A DNA stretch of 64,000 nucleotides from Gammaproteobacteria bacterium (GTDB lineage: Bacteria; Pseudomonadota; Gammaproteobacteria; M30B25): NCBI GenBank assembly GCA_018402195.1, contig JAGYIW010000003.1, positions 8,858 to 72,857 on the forward strand, read 5' to 3'. The notes beneath the pieces were generated by a model. The model had not been told where the DNA came from. It was given only the letters and a program-made list of their open reading frames with translations, and made no database searches. Below are positions 41,735 through 50,393 of this stretch, piece after piece; the first letter of the stretch is position 1; each line of letters opens with the position of its first letter. Position numbers and translations under genes: made by a program.

Positions 41735-42580
41735 ATGAGTAGTTCACAAGCACCCATTGGCGTTTTTGATTCCGGCATGGGCGGCTTGACTGTGCTCAAA
41801 GCACTGAAGGCGCAGCTTCCCTACGAATCCTTTGTCTATCTAGGGGATACAGCACGGCTACCCTATGGCACTAAAAGCCCAGAAACTGTGATTCAATACG
41901 CACTGAAAATGACACAAATACTACTTGAACACCGGATCAAAATGCTTGTGGTGGCTTGCAATACTGCTTCAGCGGCAGCATTGCCAGCCTTGCGCCAATA
42001 TTTTCCATCCCTGCCCATTGTTGGAGTAATAGCGCCTGGTGCGAATGCAGCCGTGGCTGCTGCGAAAAATCACCATTATGCCCTTTTGGCCACAGAAACG
42101 ACTATTCAATCAGGAGTTTATCAACAGACGCTTAAGTCTCTGGATGCTCAAGCACAGATTCAAACCCAAGCATGCGGGCTTTTTGTTGCCTTGGCAGAAG
42201 AAAACTGCACCAGCGGCCCAATAGCACAGGCAGTCGTGATACAATATCTTTCGCCTATTATTGAGCATATCCACCATGAAGGTTGTATCATTCTTGGCTG
42301 CACTCACTTCCCCATCCTTGAATCAGCCATCCGAGCTTTTATTGGTCCGCGCATGGCCATGGTCGACTCTACCTGTGCAACTGCGCGAACTGTCAGGGCA
42401 TTTTTGCGGCAAGAGCAATTGCTCGCACTTGAGGGAAAGGCCTCCAAAATGTTGTTTATGGTCACTGACAACCCACTGAGATTTCAGCATGTTGGCGCCT
42501 ATTTCTTGGGTGAACCGATTAAAAATGTATCATTGACGGAATCTGTGCGAGCAACTTCAAGCACCGAGGTGTCTGCATAA
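41735..42580 (+). CDS. murI: Glutamate racemase
   Basis: Motifs GVFDSGMGGLTV, VVACNTAS and LGCTHFP. Confidence 0.93.
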   Translation: MSSSQAPIGVFDSGMGGLTVLKALKAQLPYESFVYLGDTARLPYGTKSPETVIQYALKMTQILLEHRIKMLVVACNTASAAALPALRQYFPSLPIVGVIAPGANAAVAAAKNHHYALLATETTIQSGVYQQTLKSLDAQAQIQTQACGLFVALAEENCTSGPIAQAVVIQYLSPIIEHIHHEGCIILGCTHFPILESAIRAFIGPRMAMVDSTCATARTVRAFLRQEQLLALEGKASKMLFMVTDNPLRFQHVGAYFLGEPIKNVSLTESVRATSSTEVSA

Positions 42581-42681
42581 AAGACTATGACAGTGTTAAA
42601 AACCATTTTAGTGCCAATAACTCTTCTTTGCTTGTGACTTTAACCTCTCCCGTTATGGTTAAGCAGCGCCCTCCTTACTGG

Positions 42682-43491
42682 CTAAACCTTATTCTTAAAG
42701 TTTTCTATTAGCCTCTTAGAGATACTTGCGCTAGAAGGAAGGTCTGGCAACTTATCTCGATGAAACCATTGGGCATCTTCGAGTTCATCAAGGTCAATAC
42801 TCAACTTTCCTGACAGATATTTTGCTGAAAATGCCACCATAAAACTATCTGGAAATGGCCACGTCTGTGTGCCGAAGTATTGTAAATCTGTGATCTCAAT
42901 ACCCAGTTCTTCTCGAACCTCACGGTGGGCTGCCTCTTCTGCTGTCTCACCAACCTCCACGAAGCCTGCTATGGCGCCATAGATCCCAGGCAAAAAGTGC
43001 GGCGACCTGGCCAATAGCACCATATCATCTTTATAGACAAGCACCATTACTGCAGGCGAAAACCTGGGAAAAATGTCAATATTGCATGTATCACAGCGCT
43101 TTTCAATTTTTCCTTCTTTGAGTAACAAACTATTCCCACAAGTTCCACAAAAGCGTGATTGCTCATCCCAATTTAGCCTGTGAAAATGCCTTAATAAAAA
43201 AGCCTGAATATTTTCATTCAAGCAAGACAAGATGCTTTTTAACTCTTTTGCCTGAAATCCTGCCTCTATTAAGACCTCATCAGAAATTGGCTGCTTTGAT
43301 CTCGCCACATAAATATCTTTCTCACGATGCTCAGTGCACGTAACAAACGAAAAAGTACTTTTAACATCATCATAGGGCAATAAAAACTCATGGGTATTTT
43401 TTCGAATAAGTATTTTGCTGCCCATGAAATAGATAGCTTTAGACATGTCATCAATCCCCTTGCATCCCAGGAATAACTTGCGCTTTATCAT
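42682..43491 (-). CDS. nudC: NADH pyrophosphatase (Nudix) NudC
   Basis: Zinc ribbon CGTCGNSL...CDTC followed by the Nudix box GFVEVGETAEEAAHREVREELGI. The start may be the Met at about 43446. Confidence 0.85.
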   Translation of the reverse strand: MIKRKLFLGCKGIDDMSKAIYFMGSKILIRKNTHEFLLPYDDVKSTFSFVTCTEHREKDIYVARSKQPISDEVLIEAGFQAKELKSILSCLNENIQAFLLRHFHRLNWDEQSRFCGTCGNSLLLKEGKIEKRCDTCNIDIFPRFSPAVMVLVYKDDMVLLARSPHFLPGIYGAIAGFVEVGETAEEAAHREVREELGIEITDLQYFGTQTWPFPDSFMVAFSAKYLSGKLSIDLDELEDAQWFHRDKLPDLPSSASISKRLIENFKNKV

Positions 43492-43508
43492 ATTGTTGAT
43501 GCTTATTG

Positions 43509-43673
43509 TTATCTCACATCTACCAACTCAATCTCAACATTCACACCCATAGGAAGTGCAACTACGCACGACGGTTCTTACTCGGGCTTGGATCTCATCA
43601 AGACTGCCTGTATGTATGGTCCAATAGGTGCAGGTGCTTGTTCCGTGTGAATAATGGTCTTAGATAAGTTCAT
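43509..43673 (-). pseudogene. ridA: RidA (YjgF/TdcF) remnant with a large internal deletion
   Basis: The minus strand encodes MNLSKTIIHTEQAPAPIGPYIQAV..., then a stop. The same frame then gives PSCVVALPMGVNVEIELVDVR-stop. These are the RidA N- and C-termini, with about 75 middle codons missing. Confidence 0.65.
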
Positions 43674-43692
43674 GACATGCTCCACATAAATG

Positions 43693-43722
43693 CACTGTCT
43701 TCGGCGCGAGCGGCAGACAGTG
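43693..43722 (-). terminator. Hairpin downstream of ssrA (possible terminator)
   Basis: An 8-bp stem CACTGTCT/AGACAGTG with a GC-rich 14-nt loop lies about 30 nt after the tmRNA CCA end. It is followed by CATTTATG, a weak U-tract. Confidence 0.4.
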
Positions 43723-43751
43723 ACGGTCGCCTGAAGATACACTACATCATT

Positions 43752-44111
43752 TGGTGGAGGCGGCGGGGATCGAACCCGCGTCCGCGAATCCTCTACTTTT
43801 GGATCTACATGTTTAGTCTATTGTTATTTTAACAGTAAGCTCCCAATAGACTCAGAACTTACTTACCGCGATCCGTGAAAATTTAACCTTTGGATCCCGG
43901 GAAGAACCGCCAGCTAGCCTATCTATATGACCGCTGAGTAGGAACCGATAGGCGAACTCAGTCAACGGTGCTAAGCTGATTTTTAGGCAGCTAGATCAAA
44001 TGCTTCTTCATCGTTAGCATTTAAATTTTGCAACTTAGTTTTACGAGTTAAAGCTACATGCTCGACATGCACCAGAAAGCTTCGCAATTCACGTCGAAAC
44101 CAATCGCCCCC
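43752..44111 (-). ncRNA. ssrA: tmRNA (SsrA)
   Basis: The 5' end GGGGGCGATTGGTTTCGACG pairs with the 3' end ...CGCCTCCACCA, including the G3-U alanine identity pair. The T-arm GGTTCGATCCCC is present. The tag reading frame GCT AAC GAT GAA GAA GCA TTT GAT CTA GCT GCC TAA lies at 43983-44018. Confidence 0.93.
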
Positions 44112-44245
44112 AAATGAGACAAATTACAAGTACACCCCGTAACTGGTTCTGACACTTTAGCATGTTTGACAAGCCAATGGAATAAGGACAATGTCAAAAT
44201 ACTATGGTAAAATTTTCAGGAAAGCGAACAAGGAGCCACAATACT

Positions 44246-44485
44246 ATGACCAAACAAAAAAACCCTTCTTTTGAAGATTCTCTATGCAAATTAGGCAAAT
44301 CAGTCACTCAATTAGAGTCAGGTGAGCTGACGCTTGATCAAGCAGTTAAGACTTTTGAACAAGGCGTTAAGCTGGGTAACCAATGCCAAACCTTGCTGCA
44401 ACAAGCGGAGCAACAAGTAGAAATTCTCATGAAAGATGGCGAAACCCTCATCCCCTTCAACACTGAAGACCAAACCCATGTCTGA
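44246..44485 (+). CDS. xseB: Exodeoxyribonuclease VII small subunit
   Basis: FEDSLCKLGKSVTQLESGELTLDQAVKTFEQGVKL. An AGGAG lies 9 nt upstream of the ATG at 44246. Confidence 0.9.
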   Translation: MTKQKNPSFEDSLCKLGKSVTQLESGELTLDQAVKTFEQGVKLGNQCQTLLQQAEQQVEILMKDGETLIPFNTEDQTHV

Positions 44486-45359
44486 TGAACTGTCATTAAA
44501 TGCCCTACGTGAACGTATCAGTCAAGCTATACAAACATTACTAAACGTGCTTGTTAGCAAGGATGACAGCGTCCTAAACCAAGCCATGTGTCACACTTTT
44601 ACGCCGAATAGCAAATTAATCAGACCTACTCTGCTAGCTGCCACAGCATTAGACTTAGGCGCCCAGCCATCCATACTTATCGATTATGCAGTCACCGCCA
44701 TTGAATGCGTACACGTTTACTCTCTCATCCATGATGACCTTCCAGCCATGGATGATGATGCCCTGAGACGCGGCCAGCCCAGCTGCCACATCGCCTTTGA
44801 CGAAGCCACCGCCATTTTAGCAGGCGATGCCCTACTGACGCTAGCGTTTGATCTCCTAGCTAATCCTAATCTTGGCCAGCCGCGCAAGCAATGCCAACTC
44901 ATCCATACCCTCACTCAAGCTAGCGGCCATCATGGCATGGCCTTGGGCCAAGCCTTAGATCTTGAACATATGCAAACCAACACGCCATTAGACACACTAG
45001 AAACCATTTATCGCCTTAAAACCAGCAAACTCATCGAAGCGGCGGTGCGCATGGGCGCCATCATTGCTTTAGGCGACAACCAAACCATCCCTGAGCCACT
45101 GATCGCTTTTTCCCAAGCCCTTGGCTTAGCATTCCAAATTCAAGATGATATTCTAGATATTGAATTATCTGAAGAAGAAAGTGGCAAACCCCAACTTAGC
45201 GACGCCGAACGTACCAAACCCACCTACCCAAGCATCTTGGGGTTGGATCAAGCTAAAACCCAAGTAAAAGACCTTAAAGCCCTTTGCCTAAAACACTTAA
45301 ACTCACTAACTGTTAAGGTTCCCTTAATGAAAAACAGTGTAGAATCAGTGCTAAAATAA
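44478..45359 (+). CDS. ispA: Farnesyl diphosphate synthase (geranyltranstransferase)
   Basis: First and second Asp-rich motifs LIHDDLPAMDDD and FQIQDDILD. The start overlaps the xseB stop (ATGTCTGA). Confidence 0.92.
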   Translation: MSDELSLNALRERISQAIQTLLNVLVSKDDSVLNQAMCHTFTPNSKLIRPTLLAATALDLGAQPSILIDYAVTAIECVHVYSLIHDDLPAMDDDALRRGQPSCHIAFDEATAILAGDALLTLAFDLLANPNLGQPRKQCQLIHTLTQASGHHGMALGQALDLEHMQTNTPLDTLETIYRLKTSKLIEAAVRMGAIIALGDNQTIPEPLIAFSQALGLAFQIQDDILDIELSEEESGKPQLSDAERTKPTYPSILGLDQAKTQVKDLKALCLKHLNSLTVKVPLMKNSVESVLK

Positions 45360-45482
45360 CGGACAATTTAAAATTTAATAAGGGGAAAAAGCCCCTGGCA
45401 TTTGTTCCTTGCTGTACGGCCTGAAACCCTGCATAATAAACTTTAGCATACTCCCAAATAATAATATTAATAAGGGTAAAAT

Positions 45483-47186
45483 ATGGGGAAGAGATTGAGA
45501 GACTGGACACGTATAACATCTCCCTGGTGGAACCCCAATAGCGTTGGCCGTGGTGGTCGCAATATTATTGATGAGTTGCTTCAGGTTCATCTCGCCAACT
45601 CTCTCCTGGTAAAAAGCCTCTCGGACCCTCAGTCTGCTGGGGTAACAACACTGGCTAAACGCGTTAGATCGATCACAAACAAATATAATCATTCTCCAGA
45701 ATCCGTCATTACTCTCCATGAACTTCGAAACCAGCTTATTGCCGCCAAGAACAAACGTGAAGCACGTATCAAGGACTTAGCAGATTGTAAAGCTACTCGG
45801 GGTGCTGATGATGATTTTTCACAACTTGCTGCTAAAAACTATGAACAACATGAGAAAGGTTATTGGGCTGGTTATTATTTGACCAAAGCTGAAGAATTAG
45901 CCTTGCTAGAATGCTTGGAACTGGATATTTTTGATTTCGATAATAACAATCAGAAAGCGTTAAGTGAGGCAAGGGATAAGCTAGCTGACCAAGAAGAAAC
46001 CATCCGTAAGGCTGCGAGGTTGGCTCTGCGGAAATACAAGCCTATTGGCACACAGGCTGTTTTTTATACTGGTAAATTTGCTATGGCTGTGACTGCCATA
46101 GGGGCTGGTATTAGTGGCGCAACCGTAGCAATGTTCATTGCCACAACGTTCTTGGGTCTGCCTCTAGCTGTTGCCGTTATCGGCGCTATCATTATTTTCT
46201 TTACTCACTTTTTCTTAGAGATATTTCTCAATCGCTTCACCACCGCTAGAACCATGCTGCAGATTTTCCATATCGGCATTTTCGATGATGTGGATAAAAA
46301 AAATCCTGATCGCCATTCCCGTAAAAAAGTGATTATTCCTTTAGTATTGTCTTCAGGTACTGCCATTCAAATTGGCATGCTCACCGCAACAGGCACGCTA
46401 ACCATCTTCGCAGGTATAGCTTCTGGCACTGTATTAGTGATTTCGGCTGTGGCTTTCGGCATACTAGGCTTTATTACCATTGGCACATTGCTGTTTCATA
46501 ATTCTTACAAAATCTATAAAGCTCCCGAGGCTTGGTTAAAAGACAACCTAGACAAGTTACCTCAAGACCAGGCTGAAAAGGCCTTACAAGTGACGCTCAC
46601 GATGGTGGCTGGACTTATTTTATTTGGTGCAGTGATGTTTTACTGCTACACCATTGTTCTAGCAGTATTTGCGTTTTGCCCGCCGCTGGGTTTCATACTC
46701 TGCTTTGGTCTTAACTTGATGTCCATGGCGCCGTTTTTGATCACAGCTTCTTTTGATGTTGGCAAGTGGATGGTAGAACACATGCCTAACTCTATCGTTG
46801 ATAGGGTCAAAGCTTATCCAGAGCATCCAACACTGGCAGCAGTCGTGGTTGGTTTTTTTGCTGTGGTTGGTCTTGTTTTTTGGTTACCTGCAGCAGCCTA
46901 CAAAAGCCTTACCAAACAGGCCAAGGATGCCAAAGATTTTGTTGAAGGTCATCCAAAAGATATAGTTGACCTGTCTCTTAAGGAGCTAGCTAAAACATTC
47001 AAGGCTGATCCTCTCAATAGCTCTCTCAACTTTACTGGGGTCACTTGCGGCAAACACGGGTACTGCCTGAATGCCAGCTATCATCGTTTAGACAAACCTC
47101 CCTATCAAAATGACGATGACGATAGCGATAATGACAGCGAAGATAATGATACCGATGCTCTTAACCTAAGCTACTCAACCTGCTGA
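45483..47186 (+). CDS. Hypothetical polytopic membrane protein, 567 aa, no family recognised
   Basis: A polar N-terminal domain of about 195 aa is followed by at least six long hydrophobic helices, from FAMAVTAIGAGISGATVAMFIATTFLGLPLAVAVIGAIIIFF onward. The tail is strongly acidic (DDDDSDNDSEDNDTD). Confidence 0.65.
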   Translation: MGKRLRDWTRITSPWWNPNSVGRGGRNIIDELLQVHLANSLLVKSLSDPQSAGVTTLAKRVRSITNKYNHSPESVITLHELRNQLIAAKNKREARIKDLADCKATRGADDDFSQLAAKNYEQHEKGYWAGYYLTKAEELALLECLELDIFDFDNNNQKALSEARDKLADQEETIRKAARLALRKYKPIGTQAVFYTGKFAMAVTAIGAGISGATVAMFIATTFLGLPLAVAVIGAIIIFFTHFFLEIFLNRFTTARTMLQIFHIGIFDDVDKKNPDRHSRKKVIIPLVLSSGTAIQIGMLTATGTLTIFAGIASGTVLVISAVAFGILGFITIGTLLFHNSYKIYKAPEAWLKDNLDKLPQDQAEKALQVTLTMVAGLILFGAVMFYCYTIVLAVFAFCPPLGFILCFGLNLMSMAPFLITASFDVGKWMVEHMPNSIVDRVKAYPEHPTLAAVVVGFFAVVGLVFWLPAAAYKSLTKQAKDAKDFVEGHPKDIVDLSLKELAKTFKADPLNSSLNFTGVTCGKHGYCLNASYHRLDKPPYQNDDDDSDNDSEDNDTDALNLSYSTC

Positions 47187-47500
47187 TGTTATTTTCTATG
47201 GCCTATGCAGTAAATTTGACTGTTGTTTAGACAATTAACGACGCAAAGCAAACACAAAAACCATCCTGAGGGTGTTTTAACTTTTACCACATCGGTACCA
47301 ATATTACTGCAGCTACTGAATTTTTCTATGCGTGTTGGTGCGACTCTTACTGACTGTTGTCTGACAAATCTGATGATAAATATCAACTATTCTTTGATCA
47401 GAATAACTCTTTTTACTATCCCTGATTGTCTGATATTTCTGACTATTCAACCTGAGATCATCTGATTTATCGCTATCATGCAGACTATCATCCTCATCTG

Positions 47501-48265
47501 CTATCGCCGATGAGAAATCTGCCTTGGATCAACTAAAAATTCATCTTTGGCATGCATAGGTTTGATTGCATGACCAAACACCAGCTCTAGATCAAACTGT
47601 ACATCTTTTTGCAGTGGATCTTGCAGAGGAGGAACCTGAGTCAGCCAGCCAGTCTGTTGCAAGGTCTCAGCCAAATATGCTTCATCTTCAAAAGCAAATG
47701 ATACCATCATTTTATCCATCACAGTGTCGCAATAACCTAGCTTAGTAAGTAAATCACCCACCACTTCCATTTCTGGCAAATCCCGCCAACATCCCTGCTC
47801 TGACCAAAGCAAATGCAAATTTGGCCATGAATGGGGGGACAAGGTGCTAAGCAGCAACAAACCACCAGGGCGCAATACTCGCTTAATTTCAGCAAATAAG
47901 GTCGGCCAATTTGCACACCAAGGCAGCACCATGTTTGCCAAAACTGCGTCAAATTGATTGTCGTGGCAAGGCATGCTGCGGGCATTGCCTAGCACTTTTG
48001 TCACCTGGGAAGAGTTCGGCACCTGTGCCAGCATTTTTTCAGCAATATCGAGGGCATAGACTTGCATGCTTTGACTTAAAGATAACAAAAGCTCAGTAAT
48101 CTGACCGGTTCCAGCCCCTAAATCCAATACTTGATAAGGCAAACTCTTCCAACACATCAACCTCTCAACCAAAATTTCTGCAGCATAGCTGCAAATAACT
48201 GAAGAGCCCACATAGACATCAACCATGGTGTTGAAATCGATTTGTTCTGGAAGTATCTGTTTCAT
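47501..48265 (-). CDS. bioC: Class I SAM-dependent methyltransferase, BioC-like (malonyl-ACP O-methyltransferase candidate)
   Basis: SAM motif VLDLGAGTGQITELL. FDAVLANMVLPWCANW and RVLRPGGLLLLSTL resemble BioC. It is divergent from comF, the slot held by bioH in E. coli. Confidence 0.55.
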   Translation of the reverse strand: MKQILPEQIDFNTMVDVYVGSSVICSYAAEILVERLMCWKSLPYQVLDLGAGTGQITELLLSLSQSMQVYALDIAEKMLAQVPNSSQVTKVLGNARSMPCHDNQFDAVLANMVLPWCANWPTLFAEIKRVLRPGGLLLLSTLSPHSWPNLHLLWSEQGCWRDLPEMEVVGDLLTKLGYCDTVMDKMMVSFAFEDEAYLAETLQQTGWLTQVPPLQDPLQKDVQFDLELVFGHAIKPMHAKDEFLVDPRQISHRR

Positions 48266-48355
48266 GCCGCAATAATATCATAACCATCTGAAAACATGAA
48301 GGCACCGTGCTTTTTACAGTCTTGTGAAGCAATTTCAAGCTGTTAACATTGTAGG

Positions 48356-49054
48356 ATGATAAAAACACTGTTCCATTCATGTCTAAGCCTTCTTCCAAAC
48401 GTCTGCATGCTTTGTCGTAGACGCATAAATGCACCGATCTGTACTACATGCTTAAAAAGCCTGCCGTGGAATCACAACCCCTGCCAACGTTGTGCTTTTC
48501 CTCTAATCAGCTCTGAAACCCTATTATGTGGTAAATGCTTGTGCGAAGCTTCTCCATCTATGCCAGTGCTGGCAGCGATGCTTTATCAACCACCGCTGCG
48601 AGAACTTATTCATGCTTATAAATTTAGCCAACAAGCAGTTTGGGCTAAATTATTTGCTCATGTTATGATGATGTACCTGAGCAATCTGTCCTATAGACTT
48701 AGTCCTGATGCCTTACTCGCAGTACCACTGCATAAAAAAAGACTGCTTGATCGTGGCTTTAATCAAGCAGATATTCTAGCGCAACATCTTAGCCATGGAC
48801 TCAATATTCCCGTGATATACCTTTGTACTCGAGTAAAAAACACTTTGGCTCAGCACGGCTTGACGAAACCAGCAAGAAAAAACAATCTACGTACAGCTTT
48901 TTCTGCCCATCCTAAAATAGGCCGTTACCCAAAAATTGCTATCGTTGATGACATCATGACTACTGGTGCTACGTTAAGCGCCATGGCACGGGCTATCACT
49001 CTGCAAAACCCACAAGCTCAGCTACAGGCTTGGTGTTTGGCAAGGGCATGTTGA
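48356..49054 (+). CDS. comF: ComF-family phosphoribosyltransferase-domain protein
   Basis: N-terminal Cys-rich zinc-finger-like region (CMLCRR...CTTC...CQRC...CGKC) and the PRT motif IAIVDDIMTTGATL. Confidence 0.8.
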   Translation: MIKTLFHSCLSLLPNVCMLCRRRINAPICTTCLKSLPWNHNPCQRCAFPLISSETLLCGKCLCEASPSMPVLAAMLYQPPLRELIHAYKFSQQAVWAKLFAHVMMMYLSNLSYRLSPDALLAVPLHKKRLLDRGFNQADILAQHLSHGLNIPVIYLCTRVKNTLAQHGLTKPARKNNLRTAFSAHPKIGRYPKIAIVDDIMTTGATLSAMARAITLQNPQAQLQAWCLARAC

Positions 49055-49151
49055 TAATAAAGTCCTCAACCAAACAACTATGCCTTAGAGGGTTCAATCA
49101 ACTAAAACCTGGAATCAATATTGCCAATACCTTGAGTTCGGATTTATTACG

Positions 49152-49793
49152 TTAATTTACACTGTTCAAAAACCGGGTAAAGTTATTTAGATTATCTGCC
49201 ACATAAGGCACGACATATGGATAGGCAAAGCTGGTCATAATGCCTGAAGCAACCCCAAAGACGTGACTCTCCCAGGATTCTTTAACATCATCGGGAATCA
49301 TGCTACTAAGCAAACTGCCAAAGAAGTACAAACAAATAATACCCATAACAATAGTGATCAGCGTAGGGTGGTGATAGGCATTGACCAACAAATATCCCCA
49401 GTAGCCCATAATTAATCCACTAGCACCGACGTGGACAGCAGACCGCCCGACAAGCCAGGTGGCAAAACCGCCAAGAAAGACTATCATGCCAGTAACCAAC
49501 AAAAACTGCTGCTGCCCTTCCAACACGACCAGATTGGCCATGGCAAAAAACACCAATGCATTGCTGATAAAATGGTTGAAGCTACCATGAATCCAGGGGG
49601 ATAAAGGAATACCAATCAAGCCAAATGAGCGTCTGGGGTGAATACCGAAGACACAAAGTCGATAGCCCATGCAGGCATTAATGATTTGTATTATCAACAT
49701 CAGCCCCACCAAACGTGCCATGATTGGAAAGTTTATCTGTAGGGAGCTGACAATACTTTGTATGGTGCTGTTGAGACTACTAAGATCGGCCAA
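49152..49793 (-). CDS. Rhomboid-family intramembrane serine protease
   Basis: Six hydrophobic helices, WIHGSFNHFISN (H-x3-N) and the catalytic GASGLIMG motif. Confidence 0.8.
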   Translation of the reverse strand: MADLSSLNSTIQSIVSSLQINFPIMARLVGLMLIIQIINACMGYRLCVFGIHPRRSFGLIGIPLSPWIHGSFNHFISNALVFFAMANLVVLEGQQQFLLVTGMIVFLGGFATWLVGRSAVHVGASGLIMGYWGYLLVNAYHHPTLITIVMGIICLYFFGSLLSSMIPDDVKESWESHVFGVASGIMTSFAYPYVVPYVADNLNNFTRFLNSVN

Positions 49794-49892
49794 GAATATT
49801 CCCCAAATTGACTGAGAGTATAACTATTTTGCCTTAGGTGGCGCATAGACGTCAAATAACAATCGATTTCGTGGAGCGCAGTAGTGTGTCAG

Positions 49893-50275
49893 GTGGATAT
49901 TGGCACTGCTGCAAAACCTGATACAAAGACCGAAGTGGATGTTGGCTCTGCTGCATAACCTGATACAAAGACCGAAGTGGATGTTGGCTCTGCTACAAAA
50001 CCTGATATAAAGACCGAATCAGTGGATGTTGGCTCTGCTGCAAACCTGATACAAAGACCGAAATGGATGTTGGCTCTGCTGCATAACCTGATACAAAGAC
50101 CGAAGTGGATGTTGGCTTTGCTGCAAACCTGATACAAAGACCGAAGTGGATGTTGGCTTTGCTGCATAACCTGATACAAAGACCGAAATGACTGCTTTGA
50201 GACTAGGAGCACAACAAGGACTTGTTGACGTCAGGTGGATATTGGCTATGCTACAAAACCTGATACAAAGACCGA
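49893..50275. repeat. 42-bp tandem repeat array (7 contiguous units plus 1 displaced unit)
   Basis: The unit GTGGATGTTGGCTCTGCTGCATAACCTGATACAAAGACCGAA runs from 49893 to 50187 with unit lengths 42, 42, 45, 41, 42, 41, 42. After a 47-bp spacer there is an eighth unit at 50235-50275. Variants alternate (GCAAACC / GCATAACC), giving an 83-bp higher-order period. Confidence 0.95.
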
Positions 50276-50393
50276 TTTTAGGACAGCTAGGGCGAGGCGT
50301 GGCCTTTTCGAAAAGCAGGAGTTTATATTTACATAAATGACTGCTTTGAGAATAAGGCCACAACAAAGCACTAGCGGCATAAAATCGGTCTGA

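Noticed and set aside
45440-45482. PmrA/response-regulator-like TTAATA repeats (AATAATAATATTAATAAGG) upstream of the 567-aa orphan
   Set aside because: It is only a loose resemblance to tandem TTAATATT half-sites. It ends about 11 nt from the predicted ATG, leaving no room for a promoter. It is probably just AT-rich sequence.
49893-50275. Could the 42-bp repeats be a CRISPR array?
   Set aside because: The units are directly adjacent with no unique spacers, and there are no cas genes in the window. This is a plain tandem repeat.
49889-50366. ORFs 49889-50212 (107 aa) and 50019-50366 (115 aa) reading through the repeat array
   Set aside because: Unit lengths of 41, 42 and 45 bp shift the frame between units. 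The peptides change register (SLYQVMQQSQHP… then FVSGYAAEPTST…) and have no start context. They are artefacts of the repeat.
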